A stretch of DNA of 64,000 nucleotides, from contig NC_087251.1 of NCBI RefSeq assembly GCF_037042905.1, positions 2,048,001 through 2,112,000 of the forward strand, read 5' to 3'. This DNA is from Lytechinus pictus (Eukaryota). This document shows, one piece after another, positions 13,621 to 26,197 of this stretch. Position 1 is the stretch's first letter. Every line of letters begins with the position of its first letter. The notes beneath the pieces are model-generated. The model ran no database searches, was not told the DNA's origin, and saw only the letters and a program-made list of their open reading frames with translations. A program made the translations under genes and the position numbers.

Positions 13621-13847
13621 TGATAATACAGCAAGACAATTTCATGAAGTTTCTTTTCCAGCTTGGCTAACCTGATGGGGGGGGGGGTCCTTTTGAAGGC
13701 CCCCTGACCACACCCACCACTAAGGACCAGCCAGACGCAAATTTCCTTCATATATTGCTCAAGCAAAACAATCTATGTTCAGGCCGTGAATAGCCATGCC
13801 AGTTCGGAGTTCCATTCTGCGCATGATCAGAAGAAGGCCATTTGTAA

Positions 13848-14353
13848 AGGTCAATTCCACCCCAGAAAAATGTTGATTTGAATAAATAGAGAAAAATCAA
13901 GGAAGGATTATGCTGAAAATTTCATCAAAATCGGATGTAAAATCAGACATTTTAAATTTTCGCTTATTTTTCACAAAACAGTAATATGCACAACTCAGTG
14001 ACATGCAAATGAGACAGTCGATGATGTCCCTCACTCACTACTTCTTTTGTTTTTATTGTTCGAATTATACAATATTTCTTTTTTTACAGATTTGACAATA
14101 GGGACCAACTTGATTGAACCATATAGAAATAAACAATGCTAATTGCACATGTTCAGGGAGGAATAAATCGTTGTTTCATACCAAAAGAAATAGTGAGTGA
14201 GTGATGTCATCAGTCTCCTCATTTGCATACCGACAAGGATGTGAATATAACTTTCTTATTTTACATCCGATTTTGATGAGATTTTCAGTGTTACGCTTGT
14301 TGGATTTTTCTCTTTTTATTCGAATCAACTTTTTGTTGGGGTGGACTTGTCCA
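13848..14353. mobile_element. TTAA-type MITE (Kolobok-like), family A
   Basis: aggtcaattccaccccag ... ttggggtggacttgtcca|TTAA; homologous to 388-954. Confidence 0.78.
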
Positions 14354-14852
14354 TTAAGTGATTCAATGAGAAAAGCGCTGACTGACTTTGATGTTTTGAT
14401 TATTCATATATTCTTTTGAATTGTGTTTTGTGTTAGCTCCACAAAAAAAACAATGTATCCACTAGCGACAGGTATTTTGCATCCGGGATTTCACAGTTGG
14501 CCAAGTTATAACAACATGCTAATGCATTCAAAGTATCCCAACAATACCTTGAAAGAGCGTTCATTAGTGTGTTATTCTTGTTACCTGGTCTATTCAATTT
14601 CTGCATCCTGCTATGTAAGGCATGCTTACAGAATACCTTGCTTTGAAATCTGCCTATCATACTGAAATAAATAAAAGGTCATTTGACCAAAATTGCCCAT
14701 GAGGTAACTCCGAACTGGTCTAATGCTGTGCTTTATAGGATTCGATATGTTATTTTCATTTTTAACTGCGCTCCGGTTGAGTCTTTAGCATAAAAAATTT
14801 GTGTCTGCTTATAAACACTAAAGAAGCTTCAGCTTCAACAGGCATCATGCAT

Positions 14853-14949
14853 GGACCTGTCCACAGAGGATTATCCATTGTTACTGGGGGAGCTGTGTCA
14901 ATGCTCAGCACCCCCAGTAACAATAGAATTATCCTCCGTGGACAGGGCC
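14853..14949. repeat. About 97-bp imperfect palindrome (tiny MITE or hairpin)
   Basis: Arms cctgtccacagaggat..attgttactggggg and cccccagtaacaat..atcctccgtggacagg. Confidence 0.8.
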
Positions 14950-15015
14950 GCGAAATCTCCCCCACTGAACTGGAAATACGTATTTCCAGTTCAGTGAATC
15001 TCCCTCATGACTGTG

Positions 15016-17054
15016 TAGCCTCTTGTTGAGGCCCTGTCGGCTGCTTGCGAACATGGCCAGGCCTAATTCACTTCGCTCGGAAACTAGCAGGTCTCACGCG
15101 CGTAAAACATTCCCCATAGACTTGTGTGTTAAAATGGCACTTAAGAAAAATTCATAAAAAATAAATGTGAAATTAGAGGGTCGAATGTTTACTACCTTTG
15201 GATAGGATATATATCTGACATTCCATATCTGACCAGAGAAGGGTATCGTAGCCAGCTCATTTTAAAAATAAATCGCCATTTATGAAGATAACTATGATGG
15301 GATCAAATTCATCAACTGAAACAGTAAAATAGCCCCAATACATCCGCCAGTCAAAAAATAGTTCCAAATCATTGATATATCTTCCCAATTTGGGCAAAGG
15401 AAGTTCAGTAGTTACCATTTCTAGAATCAGTGTTGAATCATATTCATACACTTTTGTCAATCAGCAATATCAAATTAAAAAAATTCGAATGGGTTGGGTC
15501 GAACGAATATCTTTAGCCCTCCTGATGTAATTAGGCTCATGGCACCTATTTTATATGACCTATGAATTTTATTTTTTTTTAATAGCTACTTTGCTATTCT
15601 TTTATATCTGTACACTCACACTATCACGAAGAAATGCATTGAAAATGCCTATTTTCTATGCAATGACCCATTTTAATGTGTTACTCATATATGTTATATT
15701 CACTATATGGATGTCTACATATCCTACCTGCATATAGCCCAACAGTGAATACAGTGACAATATATAAAGGCCCCTATTCTCCTTGTAATATAAAGGTGTG
15801 TGTAAATTTTGTGTAGATATCAGGATACCATAACTGCCCCAAACATAATTACCAGATATACATGAGATTGAATGAGGAAACAATAAAAGAATGAGAACAT
15901 ATTACTTTAGTACATTTGCATTTGACCTATTATATCAAAATCTTCCTAGGGCTATTGCCTATCAGATGTAAGAAGGAAGAGATACATAAATAGATAGAAA
16001 GAGAGAGAGAAAGAGATAGAGAGAGAAAGAAAGAAAGATAATTTTATAGATGACATGGCTTATAAAGAGGGGGGGGGGGCTAGACTAAGATTGGAGCACA
16101 CAGCCACCCCCCTCCCTCCTTAGTTGAGCACTATTAGATACCTTACCTTACTCTGTGCCTTTTTCTAAATACCTTCTTAAAGGTACCACTGTAGTTCTCT
16201 TCAGTAAAGTTCACAAAGTTCTATTTCCTCTCTACCCCATTCCAAAGAACAATTTTAACATGAGCAATTTGTAAAGGTCTTTCTAACATTAAGTAGGTGC
16301 ATGATCATACACTAGCACAAACCAATGATGAATCAAAACATAAAGAGGCCTAGACTCTCATTGACCAGTCTATATGCATTCCTAGGCTTACATACACATA
16401 CCTACTAACTTTACCTGATATATAGCCTTGCTAAACCATTAAATCCATTTTTTGCACCACTTGATGACTAAACATATTGATATCAGTTAGAAATTGTTTG
16501 CTACTGAGGAGTTTGGGCAGGTATTCCATCCACTATAGGGAACTCGCCTGTATTACCTATAGGTCTCACGCGCGTAAAACATTCCCCATAGACTTGTGTG
16601 TTAAAATGGCACTTAAGAAAAATTCATAAAAAATAAATGTGAAATTAGAGGGTCGAATGTTTACTACCTTTGGATAGGATATATATCTGACATTCCATAT
16701 CTGACCAGAGAAGGGTATCGTAGCCAGCTCATTTTAAAAATAAATCGCCATTTATGAAGATAACTATGATGGGATCAAATTCATCAACTAAAACAGTAAA
16801 ATAGCCCCAATTCATCCGCCAGTCAAAAAATAGGTCCATATCATTGATATATCTTCCCAATTTGGGCAAAGGAAGTTCAGTAGTTACCATTTCTAAATCA
16901 GTGTTAGATTTTAAATCATATTCATACACTTTTGTCAATCAGCAATATCAAATTAAAAAAATTCGAATGGGTTGGGTCGAACGAATATCTTTAGCCCTCC
17001 TGATGTAATTAGGCTCATGGCACCAGCAGCCGCCAGGGCCTCGACAAGAGGCTA
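15016..17054. mobile_element. About 100-bp TAG...CTA palindromic MITE (Academ-like termini) split by the 15090-17024 insertion
   Basis: tagcctcttgttgaggccctg at 15016 is inverted to cagggcctcgacaagaggcta ending at 17054; no TSD recognised. Confidence 0.65.
15090..17024. mobile_element. Non-coding composite element with about 460-bp terminal direct repeats (15090-15546, 16562-17024)
   Basis: Near-identical direct repeats (a few substitutions, one 6-bp indel), each with imperfect 16-bp TIRs GGTCTCACGCGCGTAA / GGTGCCATGAGCCTAA. 4-bp TSD AGCA at 15086-15089 and 17025-17028. Confidence 0.85.
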
Positions 17055-17115
17055 CCCCATGTGCAGCTGGTAGACTGATTTCTCGGTTACATAATCAGAA
17101 GGTTCCGCGTCAACA

Positions 17116-17717
17116 ATGGGAATCCAGCCTTGGCCAAAAAATGTTGCATTGGGAAGGAGAAAAATAAATTAAACAGAATGGTGAAAGTTTGAAAGAAATC
17201 GGACAAGCAATAAGAAAGCTATAGCTGCTTTAAAATTGAGATCACTAATACTATGTAGATTTCAAATTGGCAACTGAGTAAGTAAATTATGACAGGGGCA
17301 AGGACAATTTTCCCATAGGCCATGTACAGTGTACTTTATTATCAGGGATTTGTGGTTTTCTCCTAAGTACCCAATCCCCTGGGGCAGTAATCTAAATATA
17401 ACCCAGGTAGTATATTGTTTTATGTCCTCAAGAAAGAAAAATATAATTTGAAATAAAACTTTTGGGAAAAATGACATTTTAGCCATAATATGTATTGGAG
17501 TACATGGAAGAGTAGTCCTTGCCTTACATCACTATGACATCCCATATGCGGCCAATTTGAAGTCTCCATGGGTATAGTGATTACCAATATTTACAACTTT
17601 TAAAAATTCATAACTTTCTTGTTGTTTGTCCAATATTGTTCAAACTTTCACCTATCAACTTGTCTGATTTTTCTTTTCCTTGTAAAAAACAAGTTTTCAT
17701 TTGGGTTGGATTCCACT
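17116..17717. mobile_element. TTAA-type MITE (Kolobok-like), family C
   Basis: ggaatccagcct ... gggttggattccact|TTAA inverted ends with internal inverted segments; left end degraded. Confidence 0.65.
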
Positions 17718-18264
17718 TTAATGGCTGCTTTCTCATGAAAGTAGAGCATAATGCAAGGACGCATGGCTTGGCAGTCGGATGTAATGTGGATAGAGGACTA
17801 CGTCATTTAATGATATACGTTGCGAATTAAAGAGACAAGACGAGAAGGAATAGAATATTACAAGACACGACGAAGAGAGGATAAGACAGAAGAATATATA
17901 ACCAGCAAGATGTCTAAATATAAATGATTATAAACATTACCGTCACGGTTACATGCATGACATGTGCACGGGTTGTTGTCGCAGGCCTCCCTATTAATTC
18001 ATCATTAATATTAGAGTGGCTATTGCTAAGTATATCAAAGTCAGGCAACAGTAATTGTTTGTTGGGGATAGTCGATCGAACCATAAAGGTAGAATGAAAC
18101 CATGGGGCTCAACGATTGAACAAGACTTTATATCTTGCATTGTCTTGTTTTAAACTCATATGGAATGGTAATTCTTTGGTAATTTAATGTACGTTATACA
18201 TCACCATGATCACACAGATCGATCACGTAGGCCTAGTAAAGATGATTAATATGTTGATACTCAC

Positions 18265-18390
18265 TCTACCTCTTTGAAGCCATATTTGCTGGAAGGATAG
18301 CATAAATCCCAAACAGACCAAGCAAAAGATGACCAGAGAACACGCTTTAACTAGCCTCAGTGATTTTATACTCCCGTAAGCTGCCACCAT
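18265..18390 (-). CDS. NXPE-like: NXPE-family gene, first coding exon (N-terminal signal-anchor)
   Basis: ATG at 18390 gives 42 codons, MVAAYGSIKSLRLVKACSLVIFCLVCLGFMLSFQQIWLQRGR: basic residues followed by a hydrophobic stretch. It ends at a gtgagt donor in phase 0, matching the next exon. Linkage to the downstream exons is inferred from phase and topology. Confidence 0.7.
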
Positions 18391-18689
18391 CTTGTGAGAT
18401 AGAAGACACAATTACGGACGTCTCATACATTGAGCTAGTAGTACTTGTAGCTCCATGTCTTGTGTAATCTATGACGCTGGGGGAAAATTCAAGGCTTCCG
18501 TTCGCCTCACAGTCATTGCAACTTTTAAAATCACCGTTTCCGTGTTCAAGAAGAAATATTTCTGCTTTCCTCATAATAAGTTCATGTGATGGAGTGACCG
18601 TAACTGCCTTTTAGCCGTGTCCATCATTCATTCTTCCCGGAGATGTATGCCCTATAGCGGATAGCGGTCGTCGCATGTGAACGCTGCAG

Positions 18690-18698
18690 TATATATAT
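18690..18698 (-). promoter_or_regulatory. Possible TATA-like box upstream of the NXPE-like gene
   Basis: ATATATATA about 300 bp upstream of the ATG. An ag directly before the ATG could instead be a splice acceptor, which would place the promoter further away. Confidence 0.25.
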
Positions 18699-18737
18699 GA
18701 TTTCATCATGGACCTATTCATCATGGTCACTTCGCAT

Positions 18738-18907
18738 TAGTCTGCACGCACAGACCCTGATTTAAAATTTGATCAACAAGTGTGTCTCCACACGAAGACC
18801 AGCACATACAAAACTTGCTGTGTGTGAGAGGGTATTCAGTACACAAGGCATGAGTAGGCTGCACATTCAGACCTGTAACTGTAGTGAAGGATTTGCCCAG
18901 CAGACTA
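18738..18907. mobile_element. Academ(H)-type MITE
   Basis: TAGTCTGC...GCAGACTA termini; exact 9-bp TSD ACTTCGCAT (18729-18737, 18908-18916); second copy at 55375. Confidence 0.85.
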
Positions 18908-18933
18908 ACTTCGCATGTTCCTATTATGCCATG

Positions 18934-20209
18934 CCCAGAAGGAAAAACCAGTAAGACCAGTAAGAATTTTTACTGGTTTCCAGTAGAATTTTACTGGTTT
19001 CCAGTATATTTTTACTGGGCCAGTTGATTTTTAACTGGACCAGTAAAAATCAACTGGAGACCAGTTAAAGCAAAGTAGTAATACCAGTTAAATTGTTTTT
19101 CATCAAACTGGTGTTACTGGTCCAATAAATGGTTTCCAGTAGATTTTTACTGGTTTCCAGTATATGTTTACTGGACCAGTTGATTTTTAACTGGACCAGT
19201 AAAAATCAACTGGAGACCAGTTCAAACAATTGCATACCAGTTGAAGCAAAGTAGTAATACCAGTTAATTGTTTTTCATCAAACTGGTGTTACTGGTCCAA
19301 TAAATAATGACTTTATTTCAAGTCAGATCATTTGATGAATTATGGAAAATGAATCTTGCAATTCAGAGAAAGTTATTATCGTTATCATTGTTATCATCAT
19401 TCTTCTTATAATTATCATAATTATTATTATTATGAATATTATGATCATTGTTATCATTCTTATTACTGTTATCATTGTTATCGATATTGTAATTATTATT
19501 ATTAATATTATCATAATTATCAAGTATTAACATTATCATTAAAATAATTATTTCCTTTAATCAAAGCAAGATATATTCCTCTGATGTAGTTAACTGGTCT
19601 AAAGTAATTCATTGTTTGAAATTGAACTGGTCAAGACCAGTAATACCAGTAATTCTGATGATGCTGATCACGTGGTTTACCTCATTTGCATATTTCCTAT
19701 CTTAAAAAGAAAAATCAGGATTTAGAATGGAATATCCTTGCAATGACACTCATTGTTGTTTAAAAACTTTCCAAATATGTGTGTGAACTTATTCACAATG
19801 GAAATGTGTAATTTCATATATCACATTTAAAATAACAGCAGAAAGATTAATTTACTAACCATCTTTTCCATCACATTTCACTGACCATGGTATATAACAA
19901 ACCAAATGAAAGTAATAAATTGATCTAGTAAGACCAGTACGAGGACCAGTTTGACCAGTTCGAAGACCAGTAGAAAGACCAGTGAGACCAGTAACAACCA
20001 CTGCAGAAACAAAAACCAGTATAAAATCCCAGTAATTCAAGACCAGTTTAATCTTTAACTGGACCAGTTAAATTTTAACTGGACCAGTAAAATTTAAACT
20101 GGACCCGTATGACCAGTTAGACCAGTAAACCGATGTTCCAATTTCCAGAGTTACCAGTTAAAATTCTACTGGTCTAACTGGTCCAGTGGAACTGGTTTTT
20201 CCTTCTGGG
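18934..20209. mobile_element. Non-autonomous EnSpm/CMC-like DNA transposon
   Basis: TIR CCCAGAAGGAAAAACCAGT / ACTGGTTTTTCCTTCTGGG, 2-bp TSD TG, dozens of subterminal ACTGG/CCAGT motifs, internal (ATT/ATC)n tract at about 19370-19550. Confidence 0.85.
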
Positions 20210-20211
20210 TG

Positions 20212-22868
20212 GGTTAGTGCTTCTTTGTTGAGATCCATTAACAAGAAAAACAAGCTGTATTATTCGTATAAAGTGCGTGGTACCGAATCTTCACGTAAAC
20301 GTTATGTAAATTATAAAAAAATACGCTTACTTCAGTCCTTCGTACTGCAAAGAAATCATATTATCGCACCCAATTTCAAGCAACAAGAAACGATATTAAG
20401 GGAACTTGGAAAGTGATTAAGAAAGTATTCAAGTCAAAGGAAAAGATCTCTCATGTAAAGAGTATTGAAATTAACAGTCATGTGGTGGAAGAAAGGAATA
20501 TTATAGCAGACAACTTTAACGATTACTTTTGCAGCATTGGTCCAAAAACGGGCAGTGCCACTTTCTCAGCAGACTTACAGAGATTTTATGAAAGAGCAAA
20601 ATAGTAAAAGTTTATTTTTCTTACCAGTAGTTCAGGAAGAACTGCTTACCATTGTGAAATCTCTTAAAAATGGGAAAAGTCCTGGTTATGATGGGGTTAC
20701 TAACAACTTAATTAAAGAAATTATCTTAGGAATTATTCAACCTCTACTTCATGTCTTCAATCTACCAATGTCATGTGGGAAAGTTCCTACTGACATGAAA
20801 ATTGCGAAGGTCGTACCCATTTTTAAGAAAGGAGACCCTCAATGCCTGAATAATTACAGACCTATTTCTCTATTGACTGCATTCTCAAATATTCTTGAGA
20901 AAGTGATCTATGTTAGAACTTTGAAATTTTTCAACAAGAGTAATATATTTTCTAAATTTCAGTTTGGCTTTCGCGAGAAACATACCACCACCCATGCCTT
21001 GCTACATTTTATTGATAAAGTATCACAATCCATAGACAAAAAGATGCATACAATTGGTATATTTCTTGATTATTCGAAAGCTTTTGACACAGTAGATCAT
21101 GATATTTTGATTGGCAAGTTATCACATTATGGTATCAGGGGTACAGCATTGGACTGGTTCAAGAGTTACTTAGCTGACAGGAAACAATTTGTCTCGATAC
21201 AGGATGCTGAGTCAGGTTTACAGAATGTCCCTTGTGGTGTTCCCCAGGGATCCCTCCTTGGTCCGTTATTATTTATTGTGTATATTAATGATTTTCACTA
21301 TTCCTCTGATATTTTATCGTTCATTTTATTTGCAGATGATTCAAGTTTGTATTATTCCCACAGAAATCCTGAGACCCTTTAAAAAACAGTTAATAGTGAA
21401 CTGAGGAAAGTCACTTTGTGGATTCAAGCAAATAAATTATCTCTAAATTTGCAGAAAACAAATTATATGCTCTTTAGCAACACGATTAGAGAAGTTCCAG
21501 GTGATGTTATATTTAATGATGTGTTAATAGATAGAGTAAAGACGACCAAATTTCTGGGGTTGCATATAGATGAAAAACTGATTTGGAAAACCCATATAAA
21601 TCATCTATGTAAGACATTATCAAAAAATAGTGGTGTAATATACAAATTGAAATCCCTTTTCTCTACTGATATTCTTTGTATGATGTATTCAACACTAATT
21701 CTCCCGTATCCCAATTACGGTGTTCTTGCATGGGGTAATTCTCTTAAAACCAATCTAGAAAGGGTGTACTTGATTCAGAAAAGAGTTTTAAGAATTGTTT
21801 GTAATGTTAACTATCGCTCGCATACTACCCCACTTTTTTATGAGCATAGAATTCTAAAATTACAAGATATCTATGATTTTCAACTTGGTACTCTAATGTA
21901 TGCATACAATGCAGGCATCATGCCACCAGCTCTGGTCACAATATTTATGAAAAATAGTGACATACATAACTATTATACACGAAATGCTTCTGCTTTCCAC
22001 TTACCCAAGTTACATACAAGTTTTGCTTTTAGGACAGTTGTAAATACAGGACCCAGGTTCTGGAACTCTCTCAATTCAAATATAAAAAAATCGGTAAGCA
22101 TTTATACTTGTCAGCGTGTACTTAAAGGTTATCTTCTTAATTGTTATTTGTGAGTTGATCTAGGTTAAGATATGCTTTTATATACTATGTTTTTTTTTTT
22201 TTTTTGGAGCCTATAAAAAACTGTATATAAGACTGGAGAATGTTATGATATATCAATATATATTTATCTTGTATCTTGTCTAACTGGTTTCTTCTGCAGA
22301 GGGTCAGCCCATGTTTTTTTTTCCTTTTGTATTCTTTTCATGTGTTTCTTTTACCTTTGTCATGTTTTTGTTTTTTACTTTACTATTATTATTATACATA
22401 CGATCTTCCTCTTTTTTTTCATGCCATGTTATCCATACTTATTTCTTCTTCCATCATTTATCACTTAATTATATCATATTGTTGTTAGTTTATTAGACTT
22501 CATAATTGTACATTCAAGCAATGTATTCTATTGTGTGTTTTTTGTCATTGATTAGATTTAGTTTGTCTTTTTTGTTTTATTGTTGTTGCATTTTTTAAGT
22601 TTTTTTGTTTCTTTTGTATTTCTAAAGATATTACATGTACACACTGAATACTATTCAGTCATGTACTTGAAACAAAGGAGACCCTAGCCTTACAAGCCTT
22701 GCTTTTTCAGGGGTTCTCCTTGTCTTTCTCTCAATACGTAATTAGTTATTTGCTGTGTTTTTTTTTTTCTACTGTAACAATGATTTATGGTTAATTGATT
22801 TTCATTTGTAGAATGTGAAATCACACTTGTAAGATAAAATGTATGTGCAGAAAGAAAGACGAATAAAT
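20212..22868 (+). mobile_element. 5'-truncated CR1/L2-group LINE (RT and long 3' UTR)
   Basis: ORFs 20537-21382 and 21416-22153 share one frame, separated by a single TAA. Motifs KSPGYDG, YRPISLL, QFGFR, DYSKAFD, GVPQGS, FADD; AATAAA near 22862. Confidence 0.93.
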
Positions 22869-23148
22869 ATCTTATCGCATAGTTAATTTCCCGCTATTTT
22901 CAGGACTTGGCGAGTTCAGAGCGGGGTTCAGAGTTCGTCTTATTTCTTCGCATATGCGATTCATACATTGTGATTCATCAAAATGTTCAATTTTTTTGTC
23001 TATACGTGCACAATAACCAATTAACTGGTGATAAACAGAAAACATGATAGCAGGAAACAAAGGTCAAATCCATCCCAGGCTCGGATCCAACTAAGGAAAA
23101 TGTTGATTTGAATCAATAGATGTCATCAGTCCCCTCATTTGCCGACCA

Positions 23149-23440
23149 GGGACCCGTTTCATAAAGATTCAACTGTTGTAACTTTCGCCTTTATGGCAAC
23201 TACAATGGTAACCTTGATTTTGATTGGCTACTGAGACCTGTTGCCATGGTAGTTGCCATAATGGCAAAGTTATAACAGTTGTAAGTCCTTTATGAAACGG
23301 GCCCCAGGGCCCTGTTGCATAAAAGCAACACTCTGGCAAATCTGTTGCCAAGATCGATGGCATAATTTTGTTTGTCAGAGTTTTTGTTTATTTGCCAGAG
23401 TTTTTTATGGCAATAAAGTTTCATGCAACAGATCCGAGGA
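23149..23440. mobile_element. Two adjacent short palindromic MITEs (Harbinger-like)
   Basis: ggacccgtttcataaag...ctttatgaaacgggcccc flanked by CAG, then ggccctgttgcataaa...tttcatgcaacagatcc. Confidence 0.65.
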
Positions 23441-23640
23441 TGTGCATACAACTATTTTGTGAAATTAAGCGAAATAAAGTTTAAACTTTGAAAGCTTTAT
23501 AATCTTTCATCCGATTGCAATTAACTTTTAAGTGTTATGCTTAATTTTTCTCCTTTTATTCAAGTCAATTACTCTATGTTGGGGTGTATGAAATGATGAT
23601 GATGAAGAAAAGGAGAAGAAGAAGGAGACGATGTGGATGA

Positions 23641-23672
<32 letters not shown>

Positions 23673-24001
23673 ATTGTGGTGATAAATAAAATAATAAAAT
23701 AATGAATGAATGAATAAATGAAATAATATACAAATTAAAAAAAGTAATTAATAAATGATAAAATAACTTGTGACGATAGTGGCAAAATTCCCTATGCAAT
23801 TTATATGGAATTAAATCATTTGTCGTCCTTCTTCACGAAGAGCTTTACAAACAAAAAACATGTGGTGTGAAATAAAGATGAGTCGTCGGATACCATACCC
23901 ATAAGCTGATTATAATAGACAGATGGACATTCATATGATTACGTATCAATGAAAATATCTTAGCAGCGGGAGAGAGCGATGAATCGAATGACGTCATTCC
24001 A

Positions 24002-24655
24002 AGGACAGGTCAACCCTAACAAAAAGTTGGCTTGAATAAAAGGAGAAAAATCAAATAAGCATAACAAATAAGAAAGTTATGACATTTAAAAAATTTGCTG
24101 AATTTCACAAAACAGTCACTATGCGGCTTTTGCACATCCTGGGGCCGTTTCATAAAGCTATTCGTAAGTTAAGAGCAACTTTAAGAACGACTGGGGAACC
24201 TTTCATACGCGCTTAACCATCTCAAATGATATACATTTTAAAGCTTTGCTTAATTTCACAAAACAGTGATATGCACATCCTGGTCAGTATGCAAAATGAC
24301 GGGACTGACGACGTCACCCACTCAATATTTATTTTGTATTTCATTATAAGACATATGAAATACTTCAATTTCTTCCTCATTGTCATGTGAAGAAAAGATT
24401 TATTCCTCCCTGAACATGTGGAGTACAATTGTCTTAACATTATGGGATTCTGTCAAGTTTTTCATTATTGCCAAATCTGTATAAAAAAAAGAAATATCGT
24501 ATAATTCAAACAATAGAGAGTGGAGGACATCATCGACTCTCTCATGTGCATATCACTGAGTTGTGCATAATTGTTTTGTAAAAATAAGCGAAACTTTAAA
24601 ATGTCATAACTTTTTTATTTTACATCCGATTTTGATGAAATTTTAAGTGTTGTGA
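24002..24655. mobile_element. Family A MITE copy, rearranged and right-truncated
   Basis: Homologous to 388-954 and 30164-30770, with an internal insertion near 24140-24220. Confidence 0.65.
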
Positions 24656-25467
24656 ATTTCTTAATCTTTTGCTCTCTTAGTGAAAAAAATAATTGGCTTC
24701 AAGAAAGATATTTGACTCTGGTGAAGAGCAAAAATCGAACATTCGAGAATGAAACCGGTCTTTCCTCACCGCCATGACTGTTGAAGTTGAACCAAAAGCA
24801 AATGCTAGCTCAGTGCAAACAAACAGTATGAACAGAAAACATTTACCCTTCGCTCGATATTTTTCTATTATTTTCAACAATGTTCGACGGTGTTTGTAGC
24901 AATCACAATATAGTATATAAGTACAGTACATGGAAAATGCGCAATCTAACCCAGATTTGCAAGCAATTTTTTATGCATCGGCCCTACTGACTCAAGCAAA
25001 GGATGAAATGGCATTGCCTTTTAATGGTGTCATTATAATTATCTAAACTTAGCAATTCAATCAGAGTTTCCTGTATTTTTATTTGAAAAAAAAAGTATTT
25101 TGACATTAATTTTGTTACTTCTTAATGACAAGGGAACAAGTTTCTTCCATACCAATGTTGTCGGTATATTAACTTAACTAATTACTAATACTGATTTGTA
25201 GCTTTCGGAATTTTCTTGAATACTTAGCGAATGTTTACTTTTTACCCATGCAAAACGTATGCGCGCTAAATGAAAAAAAAAATTAATTTATCAAGTTTTT
25301 GCTTGCTCAATGGCAAATAATTCGCCGTATCCAAAGTTGACCCCTTAAAAAAAATACGCCACCACTCACTTTACAATAGAACCACCAATTTCAGTTTCAA
25401 AGGATTTGTACCTCATGAAAGTGTTCTTGGATGATAAACTTTTTTTTTTTCATTTCATTTTCTTTAA

Positions 25468-26197
25468 CCCTAAAGCCGCCGCGGCGCGCCGGGAGTTGAA
25501 TCACCCCCCCCCCCCCACAAGTTCCGCGACCATTATGCTGCGCGAAATTTATAGACCGCGCCACTTGACTTTTCGCTTCAGAAGTCTTGTGAAGTCTTTT
25601 GAGACCTAATTCACGATGCCCTGCTATATGCAGTTTAATAATTACGCAACATTTTATAAGTGCATGTCGACCTAAACGTGATTTGTGTACAAAGTCAATG
25701 TAATTTGAATTTTCTCACCTTATTCATAAAGATATGGTCATTTTTATATTTCATCAGCTGAAATTAATTGATTTTAGCATAATATGCTTTATAAAGGTTC
25801 TGCTATAAATTTGGCGAAAAAACAAAGAAAAACAAAAGGTCTGAATGAAACTGTACATAAGACATTCATTTCCAAACCAGAATTTTTTTTCATTCGTAAA
25901 TGCTGACAATGGTATAAAGAATATTTACACGAATTAATTAGCTATTCATAGTGAATTTAGAGAAAAAAAGTATGATTTACGCATAAATTAGCATAATTAA
26001 AAAAATTCTGATAATTTCGGAAAAATTAGCCGTACATTAGGCCTACATCCCACACGGGTAATGCCAATGTTCACGGCGTCCGCGCGATCGGCAGCCGAGA
26101 TCCCCCGCGAGAACCCCTCGAGATCTCAAAGGGGGGGTTGATTCAACCGCCTCACCCCCCCCCCCCCCCGACCCCAAAAAGTCCGGTATGGTTAGGG
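25468..26197. mobile_element. piggyBac-type MITE
   Basis: TTAA|CCCTAA ... TTAGGG|TTAA (TSDs 25464-25467, 26198-26201), with an internal inverted repeat of the gttgaatcacccccc motif. Confidence 0.8.

Noticed and set aside
15257..16938. Duplicated ORFs MTKVYEYD...
   Set aside because: They lie inside the non-coding terminal direct repeats, start at non-ATG codons, are short and are unrecognisable.
19323..19530. Ile-rich ORFs (also the Phe/Lys-rich ORFs at 59541-59856)
   Set aside because: Translations of trinucleotide microsatellites.
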